A DNA stretch of 64,000 bases from an uncultured Candidatus Saccharibacteria bacterium (GTDB lineage Bacteria; Patescibacteriota; Saccharimonadia; Saccharimonadales; JAGQNJ01): the NCBI GenBank assembly GCA_965231045.1, contig OZ246406.1, positions 322,208 through 386,207 of the forward strand, in the 5' to 3' direction. The first letter of the stretch is position 1, and each line of letters begins with the position of its first letter. Made by a program: the position numbers and the translations under genes. This document shows positions 53,378 through 61,959 of the stretch, piece after piece. The notes under the pieces are model-generated. The model saw only the letters and a program-made list of their open reading frames with translations, did no database searches and was not told where the DNA came from.

Positions 53378-54069
53378 ACTTTATATTTCTTAAGGGCTTT
53401 TTCGGCCGCTTTCTGTTGGCCAATCTGTTTGCTTGGGCCAGTGCCTTTACCGCGCAATTCTGAGCCAATGAATACGCCAATGGTGAAGGTTTTATCGTGG
53501 TCTGGGCCTTCTTCATTAAGAACTTTATAAACCGGCGTTGTGCCTTCTTTATTCTGAGCTACTTCTTGTAAACGTGACTTTGCATCCATCCATGAGCCGG
53601 TAGCCAATATCTCATCAAATGTAACTAATATTGTTTGGGCGATGAATTTCTTGGCTACTTCATAGCCCTGGTCAAGATAAATTGCCCCCACAACTGCCTC
53701 GTAACTATTAGCCAATATCTGTGCCCTAGCCCGCTCCGTGCCTTTTCGTTCACCGCGACTAAGTCGTAATAGATCCTCAAAGCCTAGTTTATGGGCTGCA
53801 GCGCCGATACTTTCGGTGCGTACCAGTGCGCTACGCCAGTTAGTCAAAATACCTTCCGGCTCTTCATAATTACTGTACAAAAACTCAGTCACTACCAACT
53901 CAAGCACAGCATCGCCTAAAAATTCTAGACGCTCATTATGATCCTTAGCTGTTTTACGATGTTCGTTAACATAGGATCTGTGAGTAAAGGCTAGTACAAG
54001 CAAGTTAATGTCATTGAACTTGATCCCCAGAACTGTGTCGGCAAATTGTTGATACTTTGAGATGTCCAT
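53374..54069 (-). CDS. rnc: ribonuclease III
   Basis: NERLEFLGDAVLE signature and a C-terminal dsRBD. Confidence 0.96.
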   Translation of the reverse strand: MDISKYQQFADTVLGIKFNDINLLVLAFTHRSYVNEHRKTAKDHNERLEFLGDAVLELVVTEFLYSNYEEPEGILTNWRSALVRTESIGAAAHKLGFEDLLRLSRGERKGTERARAQILANSYEAVVGAIYLDQGYEVAKKFIAQTILVTFDEILATGSWMDAKSRLQEVAQNKEGTTPVYKVLNEEGPDHDKTFTIGVFIGSELRGKGTGPSKQIGQQKAAEKALKKYKV

Positions 54070-54075
54070 CTTATC

Positions 54076-54576
54076 TTACGCAAAATTTCCTTGTCGTATT
54101 TTTTTCAGCGCCAGTAAAATAATCTTGCCGATATCATCATACTCAATTTTATCCAGTGCTTCGTTGGCAGAAAACCATTTGATACCGTTCATCCAGTCTT
54201 CAGGGTTGATGTTGTCAGTATTGCCTCGTGCTTGAATAAGGAAAATTTCAGTGGTCATCAGTACCAGACTTTGTTGACGTCTATATCGGAAGTTAATTTT
54301 ACCAAGCCAATTCAGTACACGTACTTCTTTAAGCCCAGTTTCTTCTTTTACTTCTCGTTCGGCGGTTTCTTTTGGTTGCTCACCTTCTTCGATGTGACCC
54401 TTCGGAATTGTCCAACGATTTTTAGCATCTTGAATAAGCAAAATCTCGACTTGTTTTTTATCATTCATCCTAAAAACTATGCCACCGGCAGTTGGCTCAC
54501 GTAGAACTTCGCGAATAATTGGGCGTCGGTTTGAAACAAATTTCTTAACACCTTGAATTGGTTTTGGTCGCTTCAT
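54076..54576 (-). CDS. NUDIX hydrolase
   Basis: Nudix box PKGHIEEGEQPKETAEREVKEETGL. Confidence 0.88.
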   Translation of the reverse strand: MKRPKPIQGVKKFVSNRRPIIREVLREPTAGGIVFRMNDKKQVEILLIQDAKNRWTIPKGHIEEGEQPKETAEREVKEETGLKEVRVLNWLGKINFRYRRQQSLVLMTTEIFLIQARGNTDNINPEDWMNGIKWFSANEALDKIEYDDIGKIILLALKKIRQGNFA

Positions 54577-54578
54577 AG

Positions 54579-55049
54579 TTATTTCTTATCTTTCTTCTTG
54601 GGCTCATCAGGTTTTTCTTCGCCATCGCTCTGCCTAAGCAAACTACCTAGTACACCATTCACGAATTTTGAAGAATTATCACCACCAAAGGCTTTTGCGA
54701 GCTCAACTGCTTCATTGATTGCTACTTTGGACGGGATATTGTCTTTACCAAACATAAGTTCATAGGCACCGATCCTCAGCACAATACGATCCATTCTGGC
54801 AATTTGATTAATTGGCCACTCTGGGGCTAGAGGTTGCAATGTATCATCAATAATCTGATGATTTTTATCGATCCCCATTACCAGCTCTTCAATGAACTTC
54901 TTGTCTTCAACAGTTTCGCTGTAACGCTTAATGTTGCGCTCTAAGACATCTTTTAACCGAAATGACTTATCATCACAATCCTGTCGAAAATCTTGTTCGT
55001 ACAGGGTTTGTAGTGCAACGATTCGTCCTAAGTGCCGGTTTGAGGCCAT
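54579..55049 (-). CDS. nusB: transcription antitermination factor NusB
   Basis: [33 protein letters not shown]. Short basic C-terminal tail. Confidence 0.92.
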   Translation of the reverse strand: MASNRHLGRIVALQTLYEQDFRQDCDDKSFRLKDVLERNIKRYSETVEDKKFIEELVMGIDKNHQIIDDTLQPLAPEWPINQIARMDRIVLRIGAYELMFGKDNIPSKVAINEAVELAKAFGGDNSSKFVNGVLGSLLRQSDGEEKPDEPKKKDKK

Positions 55050-55095
55050 ATTGTTAAGCTTATCCTTATATCCTTAGTATAACCTGAGTTATACC

Positions 55096-55248
55096 TTACT
55101 TTGCAGTAACTTTTTTGCCAGTTTCCTTATTGGTGGTGTGAACCTTAACTGGAGATTTAGCATTAACTGCACGGGCGAGTTTTAGAACAAGGTGACTTCG
55201 GCGTGCACCAGTTCGGCGAGCAGTTGTTCGTTTCTTGGGTTTACCCAT
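55096..55248 (-). CDS. rpmF: 50S ribosomal protein L32
   Basis: Not in the ORF track (50 aa). Hand translation gives MGKPKKRTTARRTGARRSHLVLKLARAVNAKSPVKVHTTNKETGKKVTAK. AAGGAG SD 11 nt upstream. Confidence 0.85.
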   Translation of the reverse strand: MGKPKKRTTARRTGARRSHLVLKLARAVNAKSPVKVHTTNKETGKKVTAK

Positions 55249-55294
55249 GAAAAAGAAAGCTCCTTACTTAATGTTAAATAATATCTTAGATAAT

Positions 55295-55323
55295 AGTATA
55301 GCTTAATCGCCTCTTGAACTCAA
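55295..55323 (-). promoter_or_regulatory. rpmF promoter
   Basis: TTGAGT -17 nt- TATACT on the minus strand. The -35 lies in the inverted repeat CTCTTGA-ac-TCAAGAG (55311-55326). Confidence 0.55.
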
Positions 55324-55334
55324 GAGTGCAAATA

Positions 55335-55363
55335 TTGACATTTGTAGCTATTGTTATCATAAT
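55335..55363 (+). promoter_or_regulatory. promoter with leaderless geometry for 55372
   Basis: TTGACA -17 nt- CATAAT, then 8 nt to the ATG. No SD. Confidence 0.6.
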
Positions 55364-55371
55364 TTTGTTCT

Positions 55372-55869
55372 ATGCCCAGAGATATGGTTAATCCAGAAAA
55401 ACTCAGTGAACTTCACGGTAAACGTCCTGTGAATAGAGGAATTTCTCAGCGCTTCTTTTACGGCGTCGGGAGTTTTATTGAACACACACTTGGCAAACCA
55501 CCAAAATCTGATGATGAAATCGCGGCTATGGAGCCTGAGGCAGTACGCCATACGGGTCGAGTTACTACTGCAATTGCGGCATTGTCTTTGGCGGCCGCAG
55601 CAGTAATAGTGCCTCGATTAATCCCAGATGAAGAACTACCTTTTGTCCCAAAACCAGAAAAAGTGTGTGAATTTTCAGGCACAACTGTCGTAACCAGAAA
55701 GCCCGGACAAAGCGACCCTCAGCTTGGAATTATATACGTAAAGGGCGTTAACTACAGCCACGGCACGGATGAGATGAGTCAGTGGGTGCCAGCACACAAC
55801 CAAGGACTGCAAGGTTGGCCTGGCGAGCAGGTAACAATCCCCATGGCCTACGATTGCCATACAAAGTAG
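55372..55869 (+). CDS. membrane-anchored hypothetical protein (165 aa)
   Basis: Good promoter. One TM helix (VTTAIAALSLAAAAVIV) and a C-terminal domain with two Cys. Confidence 0.6.
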   Translation: MPRDMVNPEKLSELHGKRPVNRGISQRFFYGVGSFIEHTLGKPPKSDDEIAAMEPEAVRHTGRVTTAIAALSLAAAAVIVPRLIPDEELPFVPKPEKVCEFSGTTVVTRKPGQSDPQLGIIYVKGVNYSHGTDEMSQWVPAHNQGLQGWPGEQVTIPMAYDCHTK

Positions 55870-58326
55870 TTAGACTACAAAGTTTATAAGTTTATCCTGG
55901 ACGAAAATTGTCTTCTTAACTCCGTTGGCCGTATGTTTTTTGACATTTTCATCAGCCATTGCTGCTGTTTCAACTTTTGATTGATCGCTATCTGGCTCAA
56001 CATCTAACTGGGCACGTAATTTTCCGTTTACTTGGACTACAACAGTAATTTTGTTGCTGACTAGATATTTCTCATCATGAGTAGGCCACTGTGAAGTGTG
56101 TATAGATTGCTTGTTACCAAGTTCATGCCAAAGTTCTTCGCTAATATGTGGTGCAAACGGCGCAAGTAACTTCAGTAGTGAGCTAATGGCAAACTCCCAT
56201 GATTTACTCGCTACAAATCCATCCTTAGCTTTGATCTTATAAAGTTCATTAGTCAGCTCCATAAGAGCCGCAATAGCAGTGTTAAATCCTAGCTCATGCA
56301 AATCGTGGCTGACTTTTTTGATCGCTTGATGAGTTGCAACTAAAATTTCTTTATCTTCACTGTCTTTTTTGTCCTTCGCGTCAATATATTCATGAGTTAG
56401 AGTCCAAACTCGCTGTAAGAATCGGAATGAGCCACCCATACCCTCAACACTCCAGGCTGCCATTTGATTATATGGTCCGATAAACAATTCCATTATTCGT
56501 GTCGCATCAGCTCCATATCCTTGGTCAATCAAACCACCTGGCTCAATAGTATTGCCTTTGCTTTTACTCATTTTTAGACCATCTGGAGCCAAGATCATAC
56601 CCTGGTTACGAAGCGTCGTAAACGGCTCGTTGAAGTTGATTAGACCTTCGTCGTACATCACTTTTGTCCAGAAACGTGCGTATAGCAAGTGCATAACAGC
56701 ATGCTCGGCACCGCCAATGTAATCATCAACCGGCAACCAGAAGTCAGCTTGCTTCTTGCTAAACGCCTCTTGCTTGTTGTTCGGATCAGCAAAGCGCAGG
56801 AAATACCAACTACTACATGCAAAACCATCCATCGTATCAGTTTCACGTTCGGCCTTACCGCCACACTTAGGGCAAGTCGTGTTTACAAATTCTGGAACAT
56901 TAGCCAGCGGCGAACGACCATCATCGGTTGGTTCAAATTTCTTTAATTCTGGTAACTTCACAGGCAACTGGTCATCTGGAACGGGCACTACGCCACATTC
57001 AGGACAGTGAATCATTGGGATTGGCGCACCCCAATATCGTTGGCGACTAATTAACCAATCTCGGATTTTATAGTTAACCTTTTCTTCGGCCTGACCTTTG
57101 GTTGACAGCCAAGCCGTAATTTTCTCACGAGCTTCAGCAGATTTTAGTCCATTAAACTGATCAGAGTTAATCAATACCCCTTCACCTGTATAGCAATATT
57201 CTTTGTCTAGAACCTTCTTGGCTTCAGCCTTATTTTCCGGGACAACTGAAACTTTTGCTGGTATATCAAACTTCTTAATAAACTCGAAATCACGCTCATC
57301 ATGAATATCACCAAAAATCGCACCAGTTCCATATCCCGCAAGTACAAAATCACCAATCCAAATTGGTAGTTTTTCATTATTGGCCGGGTTTATGGCGTAA
57401 GCACCGGTAAATACGCCGGTTTTTTCACGATCTGTTTCCTGGCGCTCAATATCACTCTTGGATTGAACGGCTTTTACGTAGGTGTTAACCTTTTGCTTTT
57501 GTTCATCAGTAGTAATTTTCTGAACTAATTCGTGTTCGGGGGCAAGAACTAAAAATGCACCACTAAACAACGTGTCGATACGTGTAGTGAAAATTTTTAT
57601 TGTTTCATCTGAGTCGACGACCTGGAAATCGACTTCTGCACCGACACTGCGACCGATCCAATTGCGCTGCATTGATTTTATGGCGTCTGTCCAGTTAAGA
57701 TCATCTAGATCATTTACAAGTCGATCGGCATATTCAGTAATTTTAAAGAACCATTGTTTGAGTGGTTTTTTCTCAACCAAACTATCACAACGCCAACAAC
57801 GTCCATTCTCAACTTGTTCGTTGGCCAGTACGGTTTTATCAACTGGGCACCACCACTGCAAACTATCCTTTTGGTATGCTAACCCACGCTTAAAGAGCAA
57901 TAGGAAGAACCATTGAGTCCACTTATAGTAATTTGGGTCAGTGCTATCGATTTCACGCGTCCAATCGTAACTAAATCCCATTTGCAAAAGCTGTTTTTTG
58001 AATTTTTTTGTATTTTCATCGACAGCTTTACGAGGGCTTGTACCGGTTTTAATAGCATAGTTCTCGGCAGGCAAACCAAAAGCATCCCAGCCCATTGGAT
58101 GCAGAACGTTATAACCCTGCATTCTATTAAACCTGGCAATCGCGTCACCAATTGTGTAGTTTCGGACATGGCCAACATGCATCGCAGCGCCACTCGGATA
58201 AGGGAAATATTCCAAAACGTAGCGTTTTGGCTTTTTCGTGTCTTCGGTAGCATGGTAAATGCCGCTGTCTTCCCACTGCTTTTGCCAACGTGGCTCTAAC
58301 TCTTTTGGATTGTATCGTTTCATCAA
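55870..58326 (-). CDS. leuS: leucine--tRNA ligase
   Basis: HVGHVRNY (HIGH), KMSKSKGN (KMSKS) and the CP1 editing domain. 818 aa. Confidence 0.97.
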   Translation of the reverse strand: MMKRYNPKELEPRWQKQWEDSGIYHATEDTKKPKRYVLEYFPYPSGAAMHVGHVRNYTIGDAIARFNRMQGYNVLHPMGWDAFGLPAENYAIKTGTSPRKAVDENTKKFKKQLLQMGFSYDWTREIDSTDPNYYKWTQWFFLLLFKRGLAYQKDSLQWWCPVDKTVLANEQVENGRCWRCDSLVEKKPLKQWFFKITEYADRLVNDLDDLNWTDAIKSMQRNWIGRSVGAEVDFQVVDSDETIKIFTTRIDTLFSGAFLVLAPEHELVQKITTDEQKQKVNTYVKAVQSKSDIERQETDREKTGVFTGAYAINPANNEKLPIWIGDFVLAGYGTGAIFGDIHDERDFEFIKKFDIPAKVSVVPENKAEAKKVLDKEYCYTGEGVLINSDQFNGLKSAEAREKITAWLSTKGQAEEKVNYKIRDWLISRQRYWGAPIPMIHCPECGVVPVPDDQLPVKLPELKKFEPTDDGRSPLANVPEFVNTTCPKCGGKAERETDTMDGFACSSWYFLRFADPNNKQEAFSKKQADFWLPVDDYIGGAEHAVMHLLYARFWTKVMYDEGLINFNEPFTTLRNQGMILAPDGLKMSKSKGNTIEPGGLIDQGYGADATRIMELFIGPYNQMAAWSVEGMGGSFRFLQRVWTLTHEYIDAKDKKDSEDKEILVATHQAIKKVSHDLHELGFNTAIAALMELTNELYKIKAKDGFVASKSWEFAISSLLKLLAPFAPHISEELWHELGNKQSIHTSQWPTHDEKYLVSNKITVVVQVNGKLRAQLDVEPDSDQSKVETAAMADENVKKHTANGVKKTIFVQDKLINFVV

Positions 58327-58357
58327 CGGTGATTATAGCGTACTTCGATGATTTTTT

Positions 58358-59290
58358 TTAGACAACAGAGATCCAATCTTTATAATTTGGCTCTTCGCCT
58401 TGACGTAGTTTCGAGTAAAATTCTTCCATTATTTGGGTAATACGCCCCTTTTTGCCATTACCAACAACACGTTTATCAATAGAAGTAACAGGTGTAACAT
58501 TAGCTGAACTACCGCATAAAAATGCCTCTTCGGCTTTGTAAAGTTCACTTCGGTCGATAGAGCGTACTTCCAAGGGAATATTCTGGTCTTTAGCAAAAGT
58601 GATAATACTGTCTCTAGTTATGCCTTCCAAAATATCGGTTGAAGCATCAGGCGTAATCAAAACCCCGCCCTTAACCATGAAAAAGTTTGCTACCGTACCT
58701 TCAGCAACATGCCCATGTCGGTCGAGAGATATGGCATCATCATAGCCGTTTAATAGCGCCTCGTTTTTCATCAAACTAGCGTTAGCATAGCTTCCGTTAA
58801 CTTTAGCTCTTGAGGGTATAGCGTTATCTGAAGTCCTCTGCCAGCTCGAAACACAGACACTTGCCCCTTCTTTCGGCAAAATTTGTCCAAATGGATAGAT
58901 GTAAGCACTCAAGGAGTGTTTTAAGCCATGCATTTTTGTGCCAGCAATAAGCTCATCAACAAATATCGTCACCCTGACGAGGACACTTTCATGAACATTA
59001 TTCTTCTTGAGTAAATCATGCATGGTTTCTTCGAATTTGCTATATGTCCATTCAGACGGGAAACCATGAAAATCCATTATTTTTGACGAGTTAACCAAAC
59101 GATTATAGTGATCTTTAAGCCTAAAGATTACTAGTTCTTGTTTGGCATCGTTCCAGGTAGCAGTAAAAACCGTATAAACGGACAGCCCGTAAAGTACTGG
59201 CGAGCTCGCAATGCTTAAATTAGCGTCTTCAAAAGGTACAAAGCGATCACGAAAGTAAACTAGTGTTTTGTTGTAATCAAGTTCGGCCAC
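58358..59290 (-). CDS. class IV aminotransferase (branched-chain or D-amino-acid aminotransferase)
   Basis: Fold-type IV pattern (KVNGSYANASL with the catalytic Lys, EGTVANFF, GITRDS). Sits directly upstream of ddl. Confidence 0.8.
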   Translation of the reverse strand: MAELDYNKTLVYFRDRFVPFEDANLSIASSPVLYGLSVYTVFTATWNDAKQELVIFRLKDHYNRLVNSSKIMDFHGFPSEWTYSKFEETMHDLLKKNNVHESVLVRVTIFVDELIAGTKMHGLKHSLSAYIYPFGQILPKEGASVCVSSWQRTSDNAIPSRAKVNGSYANASLMKNEALLNGYDDAISLDRHGHVAEGTVANFFMVKGGVLITPDASTDILEGITRDSIITFAKDQNIPLEVRSIDRSELYKAEEAFLCGSSANVTPVTSIDKRVVGNGKKGRITQIMEEFYSKLRQGEEPNYKDWISVV

Positions 59291-59299
59291 AGTTATCCT

Positions 59300-60466
59300 T
59301 TAAAATTGTTTAAGATAGCTGGTGGCAAAGGCTGTTGCTATCTGTTGTTTTTTATCCCACCGCGCCTGCGCGTAGCCAATAAGTTTTTGGACTAATTCAA
59401 CGTTTGACACGCCTGCTTTGTTCCAGTTGTGAGCATACAACCCACCAGGCAATGGGTTGATTTCGTTGAAAAATACTTCGTTAGCTTTACTATCAATAAG
59501 CATATCGACTCTTGATATACCTTCACAGCCGACAGTTTTATATACTTTTAGACCGAGTTTTTCGGCCTTGTCGTACAGGTCTTTTGGTAACTCCGCAGGA
59601 ATGATGCTATAGCCTTGGGAGCCCTTTTGCCCACCGCCCTTTTTGCCACCTTTTTTACCGCCCTGCATATATTTAGTCTCAAAATCAAAGAAATCTTCAG
59701 CTTTGAGTTGAGGCTGTTCGAGTAAGGCTGGCACAGGGTTATCATTACCCATAATCGGTAGAGTTACTTCTATTAGGTTATTAACGGCTTGTTCAACAAT
59801 AACTTTGTCATCATAATGCCCCGCTACTTCCAAAGCGTTCATGAGTTGCGCCTTATCCGTAACACGTGTAATACCGATGCTTGATCCAAGGTGGGCCGGC
59901 TTAACGAATAGAGGATATTTAAGTTTATCGATCTGTTTTAAAATCTCCGTGTGATTTCGGGCCAAATCTTCAGTATAAAACCAGATCCATGGAGTACTTG
60001 GAATGCCGGCACTATCTGTAACTTGTTTGGCTAGAACTTTATCCATAGATACAGCACTAGCAGCCACACCACAGCCCACATATGGCACGTTAGCCATCTC
60101 TAAAATACCCATTAATTCACCATCTTCACCATGAGTTCCATGCATTGCTGGGAATACAATATCGATTTTTTTATACATCTTGCGCCCAGCAAAATTACTT
60201 GATTTTACTAGAGTTAGTCCATTATCAAGCGATAATTGAACTTTTGATGCTTTGCGCATAAAGTCTTCGATGTCACCAGATTGAAATATAGAAATATCTT
60301 TTAGTTTTTCATCCCAGAACCAGGATCCATCTTTGGCTATATAGATTGGTTCCACTTGATATTGGCCAGTAAGCTCTAAGGGCTTAATAATGCTGGCGAT
60401 AGCCGTAATTATTGATACATCATGCTCTGTTGAGCGACCCCCAAAAATTACAGCTACGGTTTTCAT
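59300..60466 (-). CDS. ddl: D-alanine--D-alanine ligase with a Gly/Lys-rich insertion
   Basis: VAVIFGGRSTEHDVS, FPAMHGTHGEDG, FVKPAHLGSSIG, NEINPLPG. Start at MKTVAV (60466). Confidence 0.93.
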   Translation of the reverse strand: MKTVAVIFGGRSTEHDVSIITAIASIIKPLELTGQYQVEPIYIAKDGSWFWDEKLKDISIFQSGDIEDFMRKASKVQLSLDNGLTLVKSSNFAGRKMYKKIDIVFPAMHGTHGEDGELMGILEMANVPYVGCGVAASAVSMDKVLAKQVTDSAGIPSTPWIWFYTEDLARNHTEILKQIDKLKYPLFVKPAHLGSSIGITRVTDKAQLMNALEVAGHYDDKVIVEQAVNNLIEVTLPIMGNDNPVPALLEQPQLKAEDFFDFETKYMQGGKKGGKKGGGQKGSQGYSIIPAELPKDLYDKAEKLGLKVYKTVGCEGISRVDMLIDSKANEVFFNEINPLPGGLYAHNWNKAGVSNVELVQKLIGYAQARWDKKQQIATAFATSYLKQF

Positions 60467-60473
60467 AAGCACT

Positions 60474-60479
60474 AGTATA
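60474..60479 (-). promoter_or_regulatory. TATACT 7 nt upstream of the ddl ATG (leaderless-type promoter)
   Basis: Minus strand reads gttTATACTagtgcttATG. Lies inside the longer GTG-initiated ORF of the track. Confidence 0.5.
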
Positions 60480-60519
60480 AACACTCATAATTACAATTAC
60501 AAGCTACAATTGTTTTAAT

Positions 60520-61959
60520 TTAATTGTAATTATCGGTCCAATCATTTTGCATCATGACAATATCACCGGCTGCTACAAACTGGTCAATATTTGTGTAAAA
60601 GTTGAGTGGGTCATCCTCAATTACAAGTCCACCCTTAAAACCAGCCTTTTCTAGACCCTCCTTAATAAAAGGAGCGGCTGAATTGTTCATAAGTACAACG
60701 CTATCCGGCTTTGCACCAGCGATCAACTCTCCCATTTTGACATGAACGTTTCTGGTCTCGATACCTTGATCAACAAGGCCTGGGCTCACATATATTTTGC
60801 GGCGAGCTGGCAGTTGCTTTAACAAAGCAAGGCCAGCACTGATGCCATCGATATTGCCGTTGTAGGTATCGTCAATAATCCATGCTGCACCAACGGGACG
60901 TGGTTGCATTCGGTGTTCAAAGGCCTGGGTTTTACTAACTCCGGCTTCAATTTGTGCCTTGCTTAAGCCAAGTTTATCGCCAAGCGCGGCTGCCAATGCC
61001 AACGGTCCAATATTATGTTGGCCCAGAAGCCCACTATGCAACTTCAGGGTTGTTTTACCCTTTTTCATCTCAAAACTCGTACCTTCGATCGTTTTTTTGA
61101 TCTTACTAACTTTCCACCCGAGCACACCTGCTGATGTATAAACCTCATGCGTCTTTTGTATATAATCCTTTGCTGCCGGCGACTCGCCATTTACGTAGAC
61201 GTTCTTGTTGTCTAGGTAGTCGGCTAGGCTAAAGATATCTTTCGCAGCCGCTTCAAGTGTTGGGTAGTGATCCAAATGGGCCGGAGCAATACCGGTTATA
61301 ACCCCGATGTTTGGAGCAGTTGTTTTAGCAAACTTAGTAACGTCGCCTGGTTTACCCTCACCATATTCAATAATGATTACTTCCTCTTCGCCGGTGAGTT
61401 TGCGGGCAAATTTTGCATGTGAACTAGCCACATTCTTATTTGCAGGTGTAGCAACTGTCTTTTTACCCTCACTAAGGACGGTCAAGAGAAGCTCCTTCAT
61501 GCTGGTTTTGCCATAGCTACCAGCCACGGCAATCTTGGTCGCCTTATGATTATTAAAAATTGCTTTGGATTGGCGAATATATTTTAGGTCTCTAGGCCAT
61601 ACAATAAATAACTTTCCGAGCAAGATTGGCAGAACTATTAGGTAGGCCCAGACTACTGGGTAGCTTACTAATAAGGCAAGACCGAACTGCCAACCACCTT
61701 GCAGCCCATCTCTTTTCCAGAGAACTATTAGACTAATACCAGCCACGATTTGCATAATCATGCCTAGCGAAATTGCCGTTAGTAACATCATGGCAGCTTT
61801 AGTTCGATGCAGAGTACGTCTATACATAACTTTGCCGAAATCAGATGTTCGCCAGTACCACTTTAGGTATGGTTTTATCTGATATTCAGTACTCTGGAGC
61901 ATATAGATCAAACTAACCGCATACTTAGGTGAATAAAACCGGAGCAGCTTCTTAATCAT
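60520..61959 (-). CDS. murF: MurF-like Mur ligase with a membrane-spanning N-terminal region
   Basis: P-loop AGSYGKTSMKE, IIDDTYNGN, YVSPGLVDQGIETRNVHVKMG. The first about 130 aa contain 2-3 TM helices instead of a soluble domain 1. Confidence 0.75.
   Translation of the reverse strand: MIKKLLRFYSPKYAVSLIYMLQSTEYQIKPYLKWYWRTSDFGKVMYRRTLHRTKAAMMLLTAISLGMIMQIVAGISLIVLWKRDGLQGGWQFGLALLVSYPVVWAYLIVLPILLGKLFIVWPRDLKYIRQSKAIFNNHKATKIAVAGSYGKTSMKELLLTVLSEGKKTVATPANKNVASSHAKFARKLTGEEEVIIIEYGEGKPGDVTKFAKTTAPNIGVITGIAPAHLDHYPTLEAAAKDIFSLADYLDNKNVYVNGESPAAKDYIQKTHEVYTSAGVLGWKVSKIKKTIEGTSFEMKKGKTTLKLHSGLLGQHNIGPLALAAALGDKLGLSKAQIEAGVSKTQAFEHRMQPRPVGAAWIIDDTYNGNIDGISAGLALLKQLPARRKIYVSPGLVDQGIETRNVHVKMGELIAGAKPDSVVLMNNSAAPFIKEGLEKAGFKGGLVIEDDPLNFYTNIDQFVAAGDIVMMQNDWTDNYN

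Noticed and set aside
55870-58326. Several 68-128-aa ORFs on both strands inside leuS (e.g. 57572-57916, 57913-58299, 57879-58253)
   Set aside because: They are nested in or antisense to a full-length LeuRS with HIGH/KMSKS motifs. They are typical shadow ORFs.
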